Below, one piece after another: positions 49,557 through 58,998 of a stretch of DNA of 64,000 nt (the first letter of the stretch is position 1; each line of letters starts with the position of its first letter). A program made the position numbers and the translations under genes. This DNA is from Deltaproteobacteria bacterium (GTDB lineage: Bacteria; Myxococcota; Kuafuiibacteriia; Kuafuiibacteriales; Kuafuiibacteriaceae). Location of the stretch: the NCBI GenBank assembly GCA_040218735.1, contig JAVJQW010000049.1, positions 64,001 to 128,000 on the forward strand, given 5' to 3'. The notes beneath the pieces are model-generated. The model was not told where the DNA came from. It saw only the letters and a program-made list of their open reading frames with translations, and ran no database searches.

Positions 49557-50309
49557 TCAGTCGAAGCGGAGGCGCCGCACCGCGAGCATGAGCAGCCCTG
49601 CGTGCAGGACGAACGCGACGAGCGCCGCGATCCACCACCTCGGATCGTCCGCGCGCGCGAGCCAGAACGCCTTGCAGGTGAGGAACGGCGGGAACGCGGC
49701 GAGGAGCCACTGCCAAGGGCCGGGGATGAACCACCCCACGAGGATGGTGAGGCCGGCGACGCCGCCGAACTTCGTGAACGCGAGGCCCTGCACGCGATCG
49801 TTCGCGAAGGATCCGAGGAGCAGCATCGTCAGCGGCGCGACGAGCGCGGTGCTCGCCGCGAGCGGGACGAGCTTCACGAACGGCAGCGGCGCGTGGCCGG
49901 CGAGCGGGACGAGGACCAGCGCGAGGACGAACGCGATCGTCGCCGGCACGGCGACGCGGTACCACAGGAAGGTCGAGAACGGCGCGGGGCTGACGCGGAG
50001 GACGGTGAGGGTGTCGTCCTCCTTCTCTTCGATGAGCACGAACCCGAACGCGGTGCCCGGGAGCAAGCCAGCTTGCCACAGCGCGATGAACGCGACGAAG
50101 ACCTCGTAGGTGTCCGAAAACCTGAGCGCGTTCGTTGCGCTCGGGAGGACGCCGTTGGCGGCGAGGGATTCGTCGAGGACGGGGAGGAGGTACCGCGCGC
50201 CGACGCCCATCCCGAGCGAGACGATCAGGAGGAGGAAGACCATGCGCTCGCGGAGCACGAGGCGGACGTCGTTCCTCGCGAACGCGCGAAAGTAGGTGGC
50301 GGCGCTCAT
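49557..50309 (-). CDS. ABC-2 type exporter permease (fluoroquinolone-export-like)
   Basis: About 6 TM helices; EEKEDDTL..L.VSP motif; coupled to upstream permease. Confidence 0.8.
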   Translation of the reverse strand: MSAATYFRAFARNDVRLVLRERMVFLLLIVSLGMGVGARYLLPVLDESLAANGVLPSATNALRFSDTYEVFVAFIALWQAGLLPGTAFGFVLIEEKEDDTLTVLRVSPAPFSTFLWYRVAVPATIAFVLALVLVPLAGHAPLPFVKLVPLAASTALVAPLTMLLLGSFANDRVQGLAFTKFGGVAGLTILVGWFIPGPWQWLLAAFPPFLTCKAFWLARADDPRWWIAALVAFVLHAGLLMLAVRRLRFD

Positions 50310-51016
50310 CCGGCCCTCCCGGCGACGTGGGTGCGGAACGCGGCGAGGCTCCACCACGCGAGCACCGCGAGGGTCAGCGTGGTGCCGCCCAAGGCGTAGG
50401 CCCACTGCCACGGTTCGAGATCGACGTAGGCGGCGCGGAGGAACATCGTCGGTGCGCCGGTGGGAATCGCGAGGATCGCGACGTGATCGATCGCGCCGAC
50501 GAACCACAGCGCGGGGAGTTGCATCAACGTGGCGATGACACCCATCGGGATGAGCGCTTCGACGATGCGTTCGTAGCGCACGACGATCACGATGCCCGCG
50601 AGCACGTGGACGACGCCGAGCGTGAGGACCCCGACGGCGAGGAAGGCGTTGGGGGTGGGCGCGTCGTCGACGAGGAGGTGCGTGCCGAGCGCGATCAGCG
50701 CGGCCTCGAGGGTGGCGAGCGCGGTGAGGGTGATGGCCTTCGACGCGAGGTACTCCGCGTCGCGTAAAGGGGAGACGAGGACGGCGGTGAGGGTGCCGTC
50801 GGCGCGCTCGAGGATGACCATCGCGACCACGTACAGGAGCGTCGAGCCGCCGACGAACATCAGCAGCGCCATCGGGACGCTGCGCTGGAGGGTGTCGGGG
50901 GAGGAGAGCCACGCGACGGCGCCGCTGCAAAGGGCGGCGACGCCGATCGAAATCGCGTAGAGCTGGTTTCTCGCCTGCAGGCGGACGTCGGTGCGGACGG
51001 CGGTCAGGAGCCTCAC
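50306..51016 (-). CDS. ABC-2 type exporter permease (fluoroquinolone-export-like)
   Basis: DVRLQ.RN; LER.DGTL.A..VSPL...YL.SK; TM helices. Confidence 0.8.
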   Translation of the reverse strand: MRLLTAVRTDVRLQARNQLYAISIGVAALCSGAVAWLSSPDTLQRSVPMALLMFVGGSTLLYVVAMVILERADGTLTAVLVSPLRDAEYLASKAITLTALATLEAALIALGTHLLVDDAPTPNAFLAVGVLTLGVVHVLAGIVIVVRYERIVEALIPMGVIATLMQLPALWFVGAIDHVAILAIPTGAPTMFLRAAYVDLEPWQWAYALGGTTLTLAVLAWWSLAAFRTHVAGRAG

Positions 51017-51870
51017 GGCGCGAGCCTCTCGCCGGTCACCTCGATGAAGACCTCGTCGAGCGACGTCTCTTGCGAGTGGATGGCGCGGATGGGGCGGGCG
51101 AGGAGGGCGCGGAAGGCGTCGTCTTCGCCGAGCCCGTCGAGCGGGAAGTCGGCGGTGGTTTCTTCTTTGTCGTCGCCTTCGTAGGTGACGCGCACGATGC
51201 GCTGGCCGTGTTGGCGCTTCAGGGCTTCGGGGGCGTCGATGACGGCGATTCGTCCGGCGGTGATGAACGCGACGCGGTCGCAGATCTGTTCGGCGACGGC
51301 CATGTCGTGGGTGGTGAGGAAGACGGTCGTGCCTTCGTCGCGGAGCCGGCGGACGAGCGCTTTGACGTGTTTGGCGTTGATCGGATCGAGGCCGCCGGTG
51401 GGTTCGTCGAGGAAGAGCAGCTTGGGTTTGTGCAGGAGGCTCCGCGCGAGGTTGAGGCGGATCTTCATGCCCTTGCTGAACTCGGCGACGCGTTGGTCGG
51501 CGGCGTCTTCGAGGCCGACCCAACCGAGGACTTCGCGCGGGGGGACGATCGGGCCGCGGTAGAGGCCGCCGAAGTGCTCGAGGTTCTCGAGCGCGGTGAG
51601 GCGTTGGTGGTGGTTGGGCAGCTCGAACTGCACGCCGATGTTCTCGTAGTAGTCGGCGCCCCACGTGGCGGTCTCGCGGCCGAGCACCTGCACGCGGCCG
51701 CGGTAGCCGGTGAGGAGGCCGATGAGGATCTTCTGCGTGGTCGACTTGCCGGCGCCGGAGGGGCCGAGGAAGCCGAAGATCTCCTGGTCGGCGACGTTGA
51801 AGGAGACGCCGCGGACCGCGGGGGCGGAGGCGCCGCGGTAGGTGAACTCGAGGTCTTCGACTTCGATCAT
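51013..51870 (-). CDS. ABC transporter ATP-binding protein
   Basis: Walker A GPSGAGKST, signature FSKGM, Walker B LFLDEP, TTH. Confidence 0.93.
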   Translation of the reverse strand: MIEVEDLEFTYRGASAPAVRGVSFNVADQEIFGFLGPSGAGKSTTQKILIGLLTGYRGRVQVLGRETATWGADYYENIGVQFELPNHHQRLTALENLEHFGGLYRGPIVPPREVLGWVGLEDAADQRVAEFSKGMKIRLNLARSLLHKPKLLFLDEPTGGLDPINAKHVKALVRRLRDEGTTVFLTTHDMAVAEQICDRVAFITAGRIAVIDAPEALKRQHGQRIVRVTYEGDDKEETTADFPLDGLGEDDAFRALLARPIRAIHSQETSLDEVFIEVTGERLAP

Positions 51871-52334
51871 CGGCGGGACTTCTTTCGGCTCTTGCGCCAG
51901 CTCGCGAGGAGGCGCGGCATCTCGTCGTGGAAGAACGCGTGGAGCGCGCGCAGCTCACGGAGCGGGCGTTGGCGTTCGGCGGGCTCGCCTTTCAGGAGCG
52001 CGAGGCCGCGGTCGGCGATGGGGAGGAAGGCGCCGAGCGTCGAGGTCATGGCTTCGAAGCGGCGTTCGAAGCCGGTCGAGTCGACTTGGTAGTACGTCGC
52101 GCGCTCACCCGGGAGCGGGACGCGCTCGATCAGCGCGCCGGTTTGGAGGAGACGGAGGCTGGTGCTGATGCTGCCCTTGCTCGCGCCCAGCGCTTCGGCG
52201 AGCTCGGCGGCGGAGCGGTACGGCGGGTCGCAGACCAGGAGGAAGCCAAGGATGCGGCCGGCGATGCGCGGGAGGCCCCCGGCTTCGAAGAACAGCGCGA
52301 CGTCCTCGACGTAGGCGGCGAGCTCGTCGTCCAC
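51867..52334 (-). CDS. GbsR/MarR family transcriptional regulator
   Basis: GLPRIAGRILG.LL, ELAEALGASKGSIS, GER..YY. Confidence 0.85.
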   Translation of the reverse strand: MDDELAAYVEDVALFFEAGGLPRIAGRILGFLLVCDPPYRSAAELAEALGASKGSISTSLRLLQTGALIERVPLPGERATYYQVDSTGFERRFEAMTSTLGAFLPIADRGLALLKGEPAERQRPLRELRALHAFFHDEMPRLLASWRKSRKKSRR

Positions 52335-52361
52335 GGGTCTGAGGTTCGTCGAAGATAGTTA

Positions 52362-52379
52362 GTTCAGTCAAGACTGAAC
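52362..52379. promoter_or_regulatory. Operator-like inverted repeat upstream of the GbsR-ABC operon
   Basis: Perfect GTTCAGTC-AA-GACTGAAC in an AT-rich patch about 28 bp upstream of the regulator start. Confidence 0.7.
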
Positions 52380-52426
52380 AAATCGAGCAGTCGATTCGAC
52401 GGGGGCGCGGACGTAGACTCCCGCGG

Positions 52427-53338
52427 ATGACGGCGATCGAGCGCTTTCACCCGATTGGCACACCCGGCGTGCCCTGGACGCAGGTGGAGAAGGACCGCTG
52501 GCGATCCGAGCGAAGTGTGCAGCGGAGCTACCGCGACGAGGTGCTCGTGAAGATCGATGCGTTGAAGGGGCCGTTCGAGGTGCAGCGATACGGTGCGTTG
52601 AGCGTCGACGCCGATCGGTATCCGCAGCTCGCGGTGCGGATGGCGCACGCGTCGGGGCGGCCTTGGGCGCTCGTGACCGGGGGCGTGCACGGGTACGAGA
52701 CCAGCGGGGTGCAGGGGGCGCTCGCGTTCCTCGCGGAGGCGGCGGAGGCGTACGTCGACCGGGTGAACCTCGTCGTCGCGCCGTGTGTGAGCCCGTGGGG
52801 TTATGAGGTCATCCACCGCTGGAACCCGTTCGCCGTGGATCCGAACCGCTCGTTCGTCGAGGACAGCCCGGCCGAGGAGTGTCGCGCGATCATGGCGTAC
52901 CTCGCGGGGATCGACTTCGCGATGCACATCGATCTGCACGAGACGACGGACACCGACGAGACCGAGTTCCGTCCCGCGCTCGCTGCGCGCGACGGCAAGG
53001 CGTTCGAGCCGGGCACGATCCCCGACGGCTTCTACCTGGTCGACGATGCCGCGGCGCCCGAGCCCGCGTTCCAGACCGCGATCATCGAGGCGGTGGAGAA
53101 GGTCACGCACATCGCGCCGGCGGACGAGGCCGGGCAGATCATCGGGAGCGACGTGAAGCAGCGCGGCGTGATCGAGTACGCGTTTGGCGACCTCGGCCTG
53201 TGCGCCGGCATGACGGACGCGCGGTACACGACGACGACCGAGGTCTACCCGGACAGCCCGAGCGCGACGCCCGAGATCTGCAACGCCGCGCAGGTCGCCG
53301 CGGTGCGCGCGGCGTTGGACTTCGTGCTGTCCGTCTGA
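52427..53338 (+). CDS. M14 family metallocarboxypeptidase (succinylglutamate desuccinylase/aspartoacylase-like)
   Basis: GGVHGYE, NRSF, IDLHE, TTTEVYP. Confidence 0.85.
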   Translation: MTAIERFHPIGTPGVPWTQVEKDRWRSERSVQRSYRDEVLVKIDALKGPFEVQRYGALSVDADRYPQLAVRMAHASGRPWALVTGGVHGYETSGVQGALAFLAEAAEAYVDRVNLVVAPCVSPWGYEVIHRWNPFAVDPNRSFVEDSPAEECRAIMAYLAGIDFAMHIDLHETTDTDETEFRPALAARDGKAFEPGTIPDGFYLVDDAAAPEPAFQTAIIEAVEKVTHIAPADEAGQIIGSDVKQRGVIEYAFGDLGLCAGMTDARYTTTTEVYPDSPSATPEICNAAQVAAVRAALDFVLSV

Positions 53339-53421
53339 CTGTTCGCGTACTGTACAGAGCGTCCCGCGGCGGCGATGGACGCGCGCGTGTGGTTGGCACA
53401 CCGGCTGCTCTCGGTCGGGGG

Positions 53422-56400
53422 ATGAATCGCATCCAAAGACTGCTCCCCGCGATGGCCCTGGTCGCCTGCGCCGATGTCGGCGAGGTGCCGCAGAAGGAGG
53501 CCGAGACGGAGGCGCCCGTCCAGATTGTCAGCAACGCCTGCAAGTGGTCCGGCCTCGTCTCGAAGGACACGCCCGATAGCTGTGCGCTTCAAGGTGGCAG
53601 CCCGGTCTCGACCGAGATGCGCTTCGTGCCGCGGATGGGATTCGTGGACGGGATGTCGTGCGGCGTGTGGCCGGCGTCGCTCGACTACGCGACGATCGGA
53701 CAGACCATCAACGGCAACCTCCCGCACAACGCCGTCACGACCGACGCGATCTGGTTTCAGCAGAGCGCGTTCGCGGCGGGGGCGCTGGAGTGGGTCGTGT
53801 TCGGGAGCAAACGAGAGCTCCAGGTCCGTCGGATCCCGTGGACGCGGACGACCGAGCTCGCCGTCGCGGTCGACGTCGAAGCCGGCTACGGGATGGTGCT
53901 CGACTTTGCGCTGACCTGCGACGAGGCCGACCTCCACGCCGGGCTCTGTCGGATCGTGTCCGGCACGATCGATGGCAAGGAGGTCGACATCCTCGTGCGG
54001 AGCGAACCGGCTTCGGTGGCGCGGCGCGACGTCATGCTGGTGGCGGAGACGATCCGGTTCCCCGAGTCGATCGATCTCGACGTCGGCCTCCTCGCGATCG
54101 CCGACGAGGTCTCGGGTGGCCCCCGCGTGGAGCGCGAGAAGCTCATCGCGGACCCGGTCGACGTGCAGGTGTTCTCGGGACGCAAGCCCATCGGCAACAC
54201 GTGGGCGGAAGCGGTGCACGCGATGGGCGACGTTCCCGAGCGCCCGGTGCTCGCGGTCTTCGCGCACGAGGTCTCGGGGATTGGGAAGCTGCGCTCGAAG
54301 GCGCACGCGCGCGTCGCGACGCTGAGCCTCACCCACGCGTCGACCGACATGTTCGCCGATGCGTGGCAGGCCTCGGACGTCAACCGCATCGTCGAGGCGA
54401 CGTTCCCCAAGGTGCTGCCCGGAGAGATCGACGAGTCGATGCAGCTCGTGCAGCAGGGGGGTGAGTACAAGATCCTTCAGAACGTACACATCGAGTTTCG
54501 GCCGACGCTGCAAGTTCGCTTGCAGAGCGACGGTGGACTGACGCAGCTCGGCGTCGCGGCCGGGAAGGCCGAGGCGGCGCTGCAGGCGCACGGTGAGAGC
54601 AAGCTCGCGGTGGTCTGGGATCCCACCGAGGTGCAGGCTTACGCGGCGGCGCTCGCCCAGTACGTCACGCAGTTCGACCCGGCGTGTGTTGCCGTCGCTC
54701 CGGGCGACGACATCTGTTGGAACGAAGACGACTGCATCTGGTACCCGGATGGCTCCTGGGACTGCGACGTTGTCCAGGTGTGCCAGCCCGGCCCGCCGGA
54801 AGAGGCGTGCCCCATCGTGGGGGGGCTTACCGCGGCCTTCCCGGGGGGCGCGACGGTGCAGGTGCAGGGCGACGTTCCGCAGTTTGCGCTCGAGCTCCGT
54901 GATGCGCTCCTCGCGACGTTCGCGCACCTGTACCCGCCGGCGCAGGGGCCGACGAAGTTCCCCGGCGGCGACGTTCGGTCCGAGGAGGGCTTCTCGCGTA
55001 CGCACTTCGCGGCGCAGGCGCTGAGTCACGGCACGCTGTTCGACGTCCTCTACGAGGCGCACGACAACCGCAGTCGTCGTCACGGGCTGTTCGCACGGGA
55101 GTGGGAGCGCCTCGGGCTCGCGACGGATCCTCAGGTGATGCACCCGGCGTTCGATCTCGCCGACTACGGTATCGACGAAGCGCGGTGGCTCGAGGTGCAG
55201 CAGCGCCGCGCGTACATCGAAGCGTTCGACGCGAGCGACGTCTCCGTCTACCTCGACGGGTTGGGGCTTCCGTACGGTCAACGCGCGGTGGGGTGGCACC
55301 CGACGCACTTGGTCAGCAGCGGCAATGCGTACGGTTCGATGATCGAGATCAGTCAGCGCTGGGCCGACCTCCCGCAGCTCGCGCAAGAGCTCGACGCGGT
55401 GGCGGACGATCAGAACTTCGTCGCGCAGCTCGCCGGACTCATCTCACTCACGACGGCGCAAGCTACGTTGACGCGCGACTCGGCTCAGGCGCTCGGCGAT
55501 TCGGCGAGCTCGAACGTGGCGTCGCAGACGGCGGCGATCGCGAAGTTGGAGACGGCGACGCAGACCGTGATCGCGTTGGCGGAGGACTTCGAGCAGGACG
55601 TCGACAACATCTGGAACTGCTCGGGGAGCCTCGCCGGGTGCGCGGCTTCGATGGAGACGATGGTCGAGCAGATCGAAGCGAGCTGTTCCCAGAGCACGCA
55701 GCTCGACAACTTCTTGGCGTTGGTCGGGTTCCTCGCGTCGGTGGTCGACGTGGTCGCGCCGGTCGTCGGCGGGCTCGATTCTCTCGTGAACAACCAAAAG
55801 CTCATCGATCTCTTCGCGCTCACCCACAACACCACGGTCGACTCGCTGATCATCCAGGACGGCCTGAAGTGGATCGGCGCGAAGAAGAAGACGGTCGGCA
55901 CCGTTCAGAAGACGATGTCCAGCATCAAGAAGATCGCGGAAGACCTCGCGCCGATGCTCGGGACGGCGGTCGCTCAGTGCGAGGGGACGCCGCAGGAGGT
56001 GCAGCTGCTGCAGATGCAGTCGAACTTGGTCCTGATCGAGACGTCCGCGGGGATGCTCGCGGTGCACTCCGCGACGCTCGAGGGCGTGCTCGACGCGCTC
56101 AGTGGTCACGTGCAGCACCTGATGACTTCGGCGCAGGCGCACGGCGTGTGGGCGGAGGAGAGCGACGCGTTGATCGACGAGCTCGACTTGCTCCAGGACG
56201 GGACGCTCGAACAGCTCTCGCGGCAGCGTCGTTTCATCCGGGCGGCGTGTCAGACCACGCAGCGTGCGGCGACGCAGGCGCTCGCGGACTACAAGGCGGT
56301 GAGTGACACGCTGGTCACGTCGGCGGGTCGTTCGCGGACGTCGCACGGGCTGACGATTCCGCGGTCGCCGGGGCTGTCGACGGAGCTGTCGTCGGACCGC

Positions 56401-57297
56401 CACGATGGTTACGCGATCAGCGTCTGGGACACGGGGCTGTTCTCGGCGTTCGACGAGACGGGTGGGGTGAGCGGCACGCCGTTCCTCACGGCGGCGCGCG
56501 ATCGTTTCCGCGAGCTGGTGAGTGACGAGCTCTGCCGGATCGATGGCGGCCCGCTCGACGCGCACCGGTGGTTGGTCCGCAGGACCGTCCGCGGCGCGGA
56601 GCTGCAGGCGATGCTCGCGAACGGTCACTTGCTCGTCGACGTCTCGCTGGACGATCTGCTCGCGGGCAGCGTGGCGTCGGGTGTGAGCTTCGACGCGACG
56701 GAGACGACGACCGCCATGGGCCAGTCGCTCCCGCTCTCGGGCGCCATCGTGCTCGGCGTCGGTTACTCGGCGTGCACCGGCCCGGCGGGCGAAGAGTGCT
56801 GCAGCAGTCCGTCGTGCCGCACCGCGTTCACGCTCGACCAACCCCACCTGGTCCCGCGGTTCTTGGAGGTGCCCACGCTCGCGTGCCCGCTCGACAGCGC
56901 CCCGGTCACGGGCACCGAGCCCACCACGGGCCTCTCGGTCGACACGTGCCTCGCCCCGGTCGCGTCGCACCCCGCGCACCGCGAGCTCACCTACGTCGCG
57001 AACCCGGAGGCCCCGGACTCGGTGCTCGTGCAGAGCCACTTCGACGCGAACATCTGCAACGTCGAACCCACGGCTCTCCCGATGCAACAGCTCCGCGGCC
57101 TCCCGGCCCTCGGCGTCTACGAGCTCGCCCCCGACGGCGTCCTCGCCGACGCGATGACCCGGGAGCTCCACGACAGCCCCCCGGTGACCCTCCCCGAGAC
57201 GTGGCTGACCGCCAACGGCAACCTCACCGGCATCGAGTTCTTCTTCTACGTAGGCGCGGAGTCCACGAACGCGGCGGTGTACACGCCGACGCCATAA
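53422..57297 (+). CDS. Large (1291 aa) hypothetical lipoprotein with long helical/coiled-coil region
   Basis: Start ATG 53422; lipobox LVAC; helical region with hydrophobic segment; Cys-rich inserts. Confidence 0.7.
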   Translation: MNRIQRLLPAMALVACADVGEVPQKEAETEAPVQIVSNACKWSGLVSKDTPDSCALQGGSPVSTEMRFVPRMGFVDGMSCGVWPASLDYATIGQTINGNLPHNAVTTDAIWFQQSAFAAGALEWVVFGSKRELQVRRIPWTRTTELAVAVDVEAGYGMVLDFALTCDEADLHAGLCRIVSGTIDGKEVDILVRSEPASVARRDVMLVAETIRFPESIDLDVGLLAIADEVSGGPRVEREKLIADPVDVQVFSGRKPIGNTWAEAVHAMGDVPERPVLAVFAHEVSGIGKLRSKAHARVATLSLTHASTDMFADAWQASDVNRIVEATFPKVLPGEIDESMQLVQQGGEYKILQNVHIEFRPTLQVRLQSDGGLTQLGVAAGKAEAALQAHGESKLAVVWDPTEVQAYAAALAQYVTQFDPACVAVAPGDDICWNEDDCIWYPDGSWDCDVVQVCQPGPPEEACPIVGGLTAAFPGGATVQVQGDVPQFALELRDALLATFAHLYPPAQGPTKFPGGDVRSEEGFSRTHFAAQALSHGTLFDVLYEAHDNRSRRHGLFAREWERLGLATDPQVMHPAFDLADYGIDEARWLEVQQRRAYIEAFDASDVSVYLDGLGLPYGQRAVGWHPTHLVSSGNAYGSMIEISQRWADLPQLAQELDAVADDQNFVAQLAGLISLTTAQATLTRDSAQALGDSASSNVASQTAAIAKLETATQTVIALAEDFEQDVDNIWNCSGSLAGCAASMETMVEQIEASCSQSTQLDNFLALVGFLASVVDVVAPVVGGLDSLVNNQKLIDLFALTHNTTVDSLIIQDGLKWIGAKKKTVGTVQKTMSSIKKIAEDLAPMLGTAVAQCEGTPQEVQLLQMQSNLVLIETSAGMLAVHSATLEGVLDALSGHVQHLMTSAQAHGVWAEESDALIDELDLLQDGTLEQLSRQRRFIRAACQTTQRAATQALADYKAVSDTLVTSAGRSRTSHGLTIPRSPGLSTELSSDRHDGYAISVWDTGLFSAFDETGGVSGTPFLTAARDRFRELVSDELCRIDGGPLDAHRWLVRRTVRGAELQAMLANGHLLVDVSLDDLLAGSVASGVSFDATETTTAMGQSLPLSGAIVLGVGYSACTGPAGEECCSSPSCRTAFTLDQPHLVPRFLEVPTLACPLDSAPVTGTEPTTGLSVDTCLAPVASHPAHRELTYVANPEAPDSVLVQSHFDANICNVEPTALPMQQLRGLPALGVYELAPDGVLADAMTRELHDSPPVTLPETWLTANGNLTGIEFFFYVGAESTNAAVYTPTP

Positions 57298-57509
57298 CCC
57301 TGGAGCAACCAGGGCGACGGTCGCCCGCCCCGCGGGCGCCCGGCGCACGCACGGCGCTGGCCACTCCACGAAAGCCCCGCACCACCGCCCGCAGGCCGAG
57401 AGCGACCGCCAGCAGCTCTGCGTTCACGGATTTGAGCTGATGAGGTGGGTTTCACCGGCCGAATGGCCGGTGAACCCAGCGCTAAGCCCAATAGCGCCCT
57501 GGTGACGTT

Positions 57510-57532
57510 TCAGCCCGCCAGAGGCGGGCTGA
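57510..57532. terminator. Hairpin just downstream of tRNA-Glu
   Basis: TCAGCCCGCC-AGA-GGCGGGCTGA perfect 10-bp stem; no clear U-tract. Confidence 0.45.
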
Positions 57533-57535
57533 GAA

Positions 57536-57609
57536 CGTCCCCAAGGGGATTTGAACCCCTGTTGCCGGCGTGAAAAGCCGGAGTCCTGGGCCAACTAGAC
57601 GATGGGGAC
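57536..57609 (-). tRNA. tRNA-Glu (anticodon TTC), CCA not encoded
   Basis: Reverse complement GTCCCCA...TGGGGAC acceptor stem; anticodon arm CCGGC-TTTTCAC-GCCGG; T-arm AGGGG-TTCAAAT-CCCCT. Confidence 0.95.
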
Positions 57610-57767
57610 GTTGCGCTGGAGCCTATGCGAAGCGCCGCCGGAGTCAAGTTCTCAGTGCGTCGCCACGCATCCTTCACCGTCGTACCGGGATCGCACTGAT
57701 CCGCGCTCTGTCAGGAAGAAATGACCCAATCATGACGAGTTCCTCGGCAGGCGGTCGATACCTTGGG

Positions 57768-58955
57768 ATGCAGATGGAACTCGCGACCGCGCCCCGGGCC
57801 GAAAACGAGAAGCTGAACTGGATCGCATCGATACCGTACATTGCGATTCACATCGCGGCGGTCGCCGCGGTCTTCCTCTATCCGCCGACGCTCGAGCTCG
57901 TGCTGCTCGCCGTCGGGCTGTTCTTCCTGCGGATGTTCGGCATCACCGCCGGCTACCACCGATACTTCGCACACCGCGGCTTCAAGACCGGGCGCGTCTT
58001 CCAGTTCGTGCTCGCGTGGCTCGGCACGATGTCCTCGCAGAAGGGCGTGCTGTGGTGGAGCGGTCTGCACCGCCACCACCACAAGTACTCCGACATGGAA
58101 GAGGACATCCACTCGCCGAAGCGCGGCTTCTGGTGGTCGCACCACGGCTGGATCCTCTGCCCGAAGTACGACGAGACGCCGGCCGCCCAGCTGCGCGAGT
58201 TCGCCGACTACCCCGAGCTGATCTTCATCAACCGCTACTGGGTCGTCGGGCCGACGGTGCTGGGCATCGCGCTCTACCTGATCGGCGGGATGCCGTACGT
58301 CTTCTGGGGCGCGTTCCTGTCGACCGTGCTGCTCTACCACGGCACGTTCACGATCAACTCCCTCGCGCACGTCTGGGGCAGCCGCCGCTACGAGACCACC
58401 GACACCTCGCGCAACAACTTCTGGCTCGCGCTCCTCACCATGGGCGAGGGCTGGCACAACAACCACCACCACTACCAGTCGACCGCCCGCAACGGCTTCT
58501 TCTGGTGGGAGATCGACTTCAGCTACTACATCCTCGTCGCGCTCTCGTGGGTCGGCATCGTCTGGGACCTCCGCCAGCCCCCGAAGTGGGTGCTCGAAGG
58601 CAAGGCCCGCCGCCACGCGCCCGCCGCGCCGGCGCCCGCCGAGCTCCCGCCGCGCCTCGAGGAAGCGCTCACGCGCCTCGCCGCGCGCAAGGCCGAGCTG
58701 GAAGGCGCCGCCGCCGAACGCATCGCCGAGCTGCGCCTGCACATCGGCGAGGCCGCCGCGCACGCCGCAGAGGTCGCCGCCGAAGCCGCGCACGAAGCGA
58801 AGGGCTCTGCGCTCGCCGTCCGCGCCGCCGAGATCGCCGCCGAAGCCGAGGCCGTCGCCAACCAGATGGCGCGCGCGCTCGAAGCCAAGCTCCCGCCCGC
58901 GTGGGCCGCCGCCGCCGCGGACGCGAAGCTCCGCGCCGAAGCCGCCGTCGCCTGA
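57768..58955 (+). CDS. Acyl-CoA (delta-9-type) fatty acid desaturase with Ala-rich C-terminal extension
   Basis: His boxes HRYFAH, HRHHH, HNNHH; GFWWSH; start approximate. Confidence 0.9.
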   Translation: MQMELATAPRAENEKLNWIASIPYIAIHIAAVAAVFLYPPTLELVLLAVGLFFLRMFGITAGYHRYFAHRGFKTGRVFQFVLAWLGTMSSQKGVLWWSGLHRHHHKYSDMEEDIHSPKRGFWWSHHGWILCPKYDETPAAQLREFADYPELIFINRYWVVGPTVLGIALYLIGGMPYVFWGAFLSTVLLYHGTFTINSLAHVWGSRRYETTDTSRNNFWLALLTMGEGWHNNHHHYQSTARNGFFWWEIDFSYYILVALSWVGIVWDLRQPPKWVLEGKARRHAPAAPAPAELPPRLEEALTRLAARKAELEGAAAERIAELRLHIGEAAAHAAEVAAEAAHEAKGSALAVRAAEIAAEAEAVANQMARALEAKLPPAWAAAAADAKLRAEAAVA

Positions 58956-58998
58956 GCGCGTACGGCCCGCGTTACCGGCGCCGTTCACGCGAGCGCGG

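Noticed and set aside
57437-57485. CTGATGA followed by a stem, suggesting a hammerhead ribozyme
   Set aside because: No GAAA follows the putative stem II (it reads GCTAA); HDV-like topology also does not fit the spacing.
53339-57609. Prophage or integrative element at tRNA-Glu
   Set aside because: No integrase, no phage genes and no duplicated tRNA 3' end (att site) noticed in the window.
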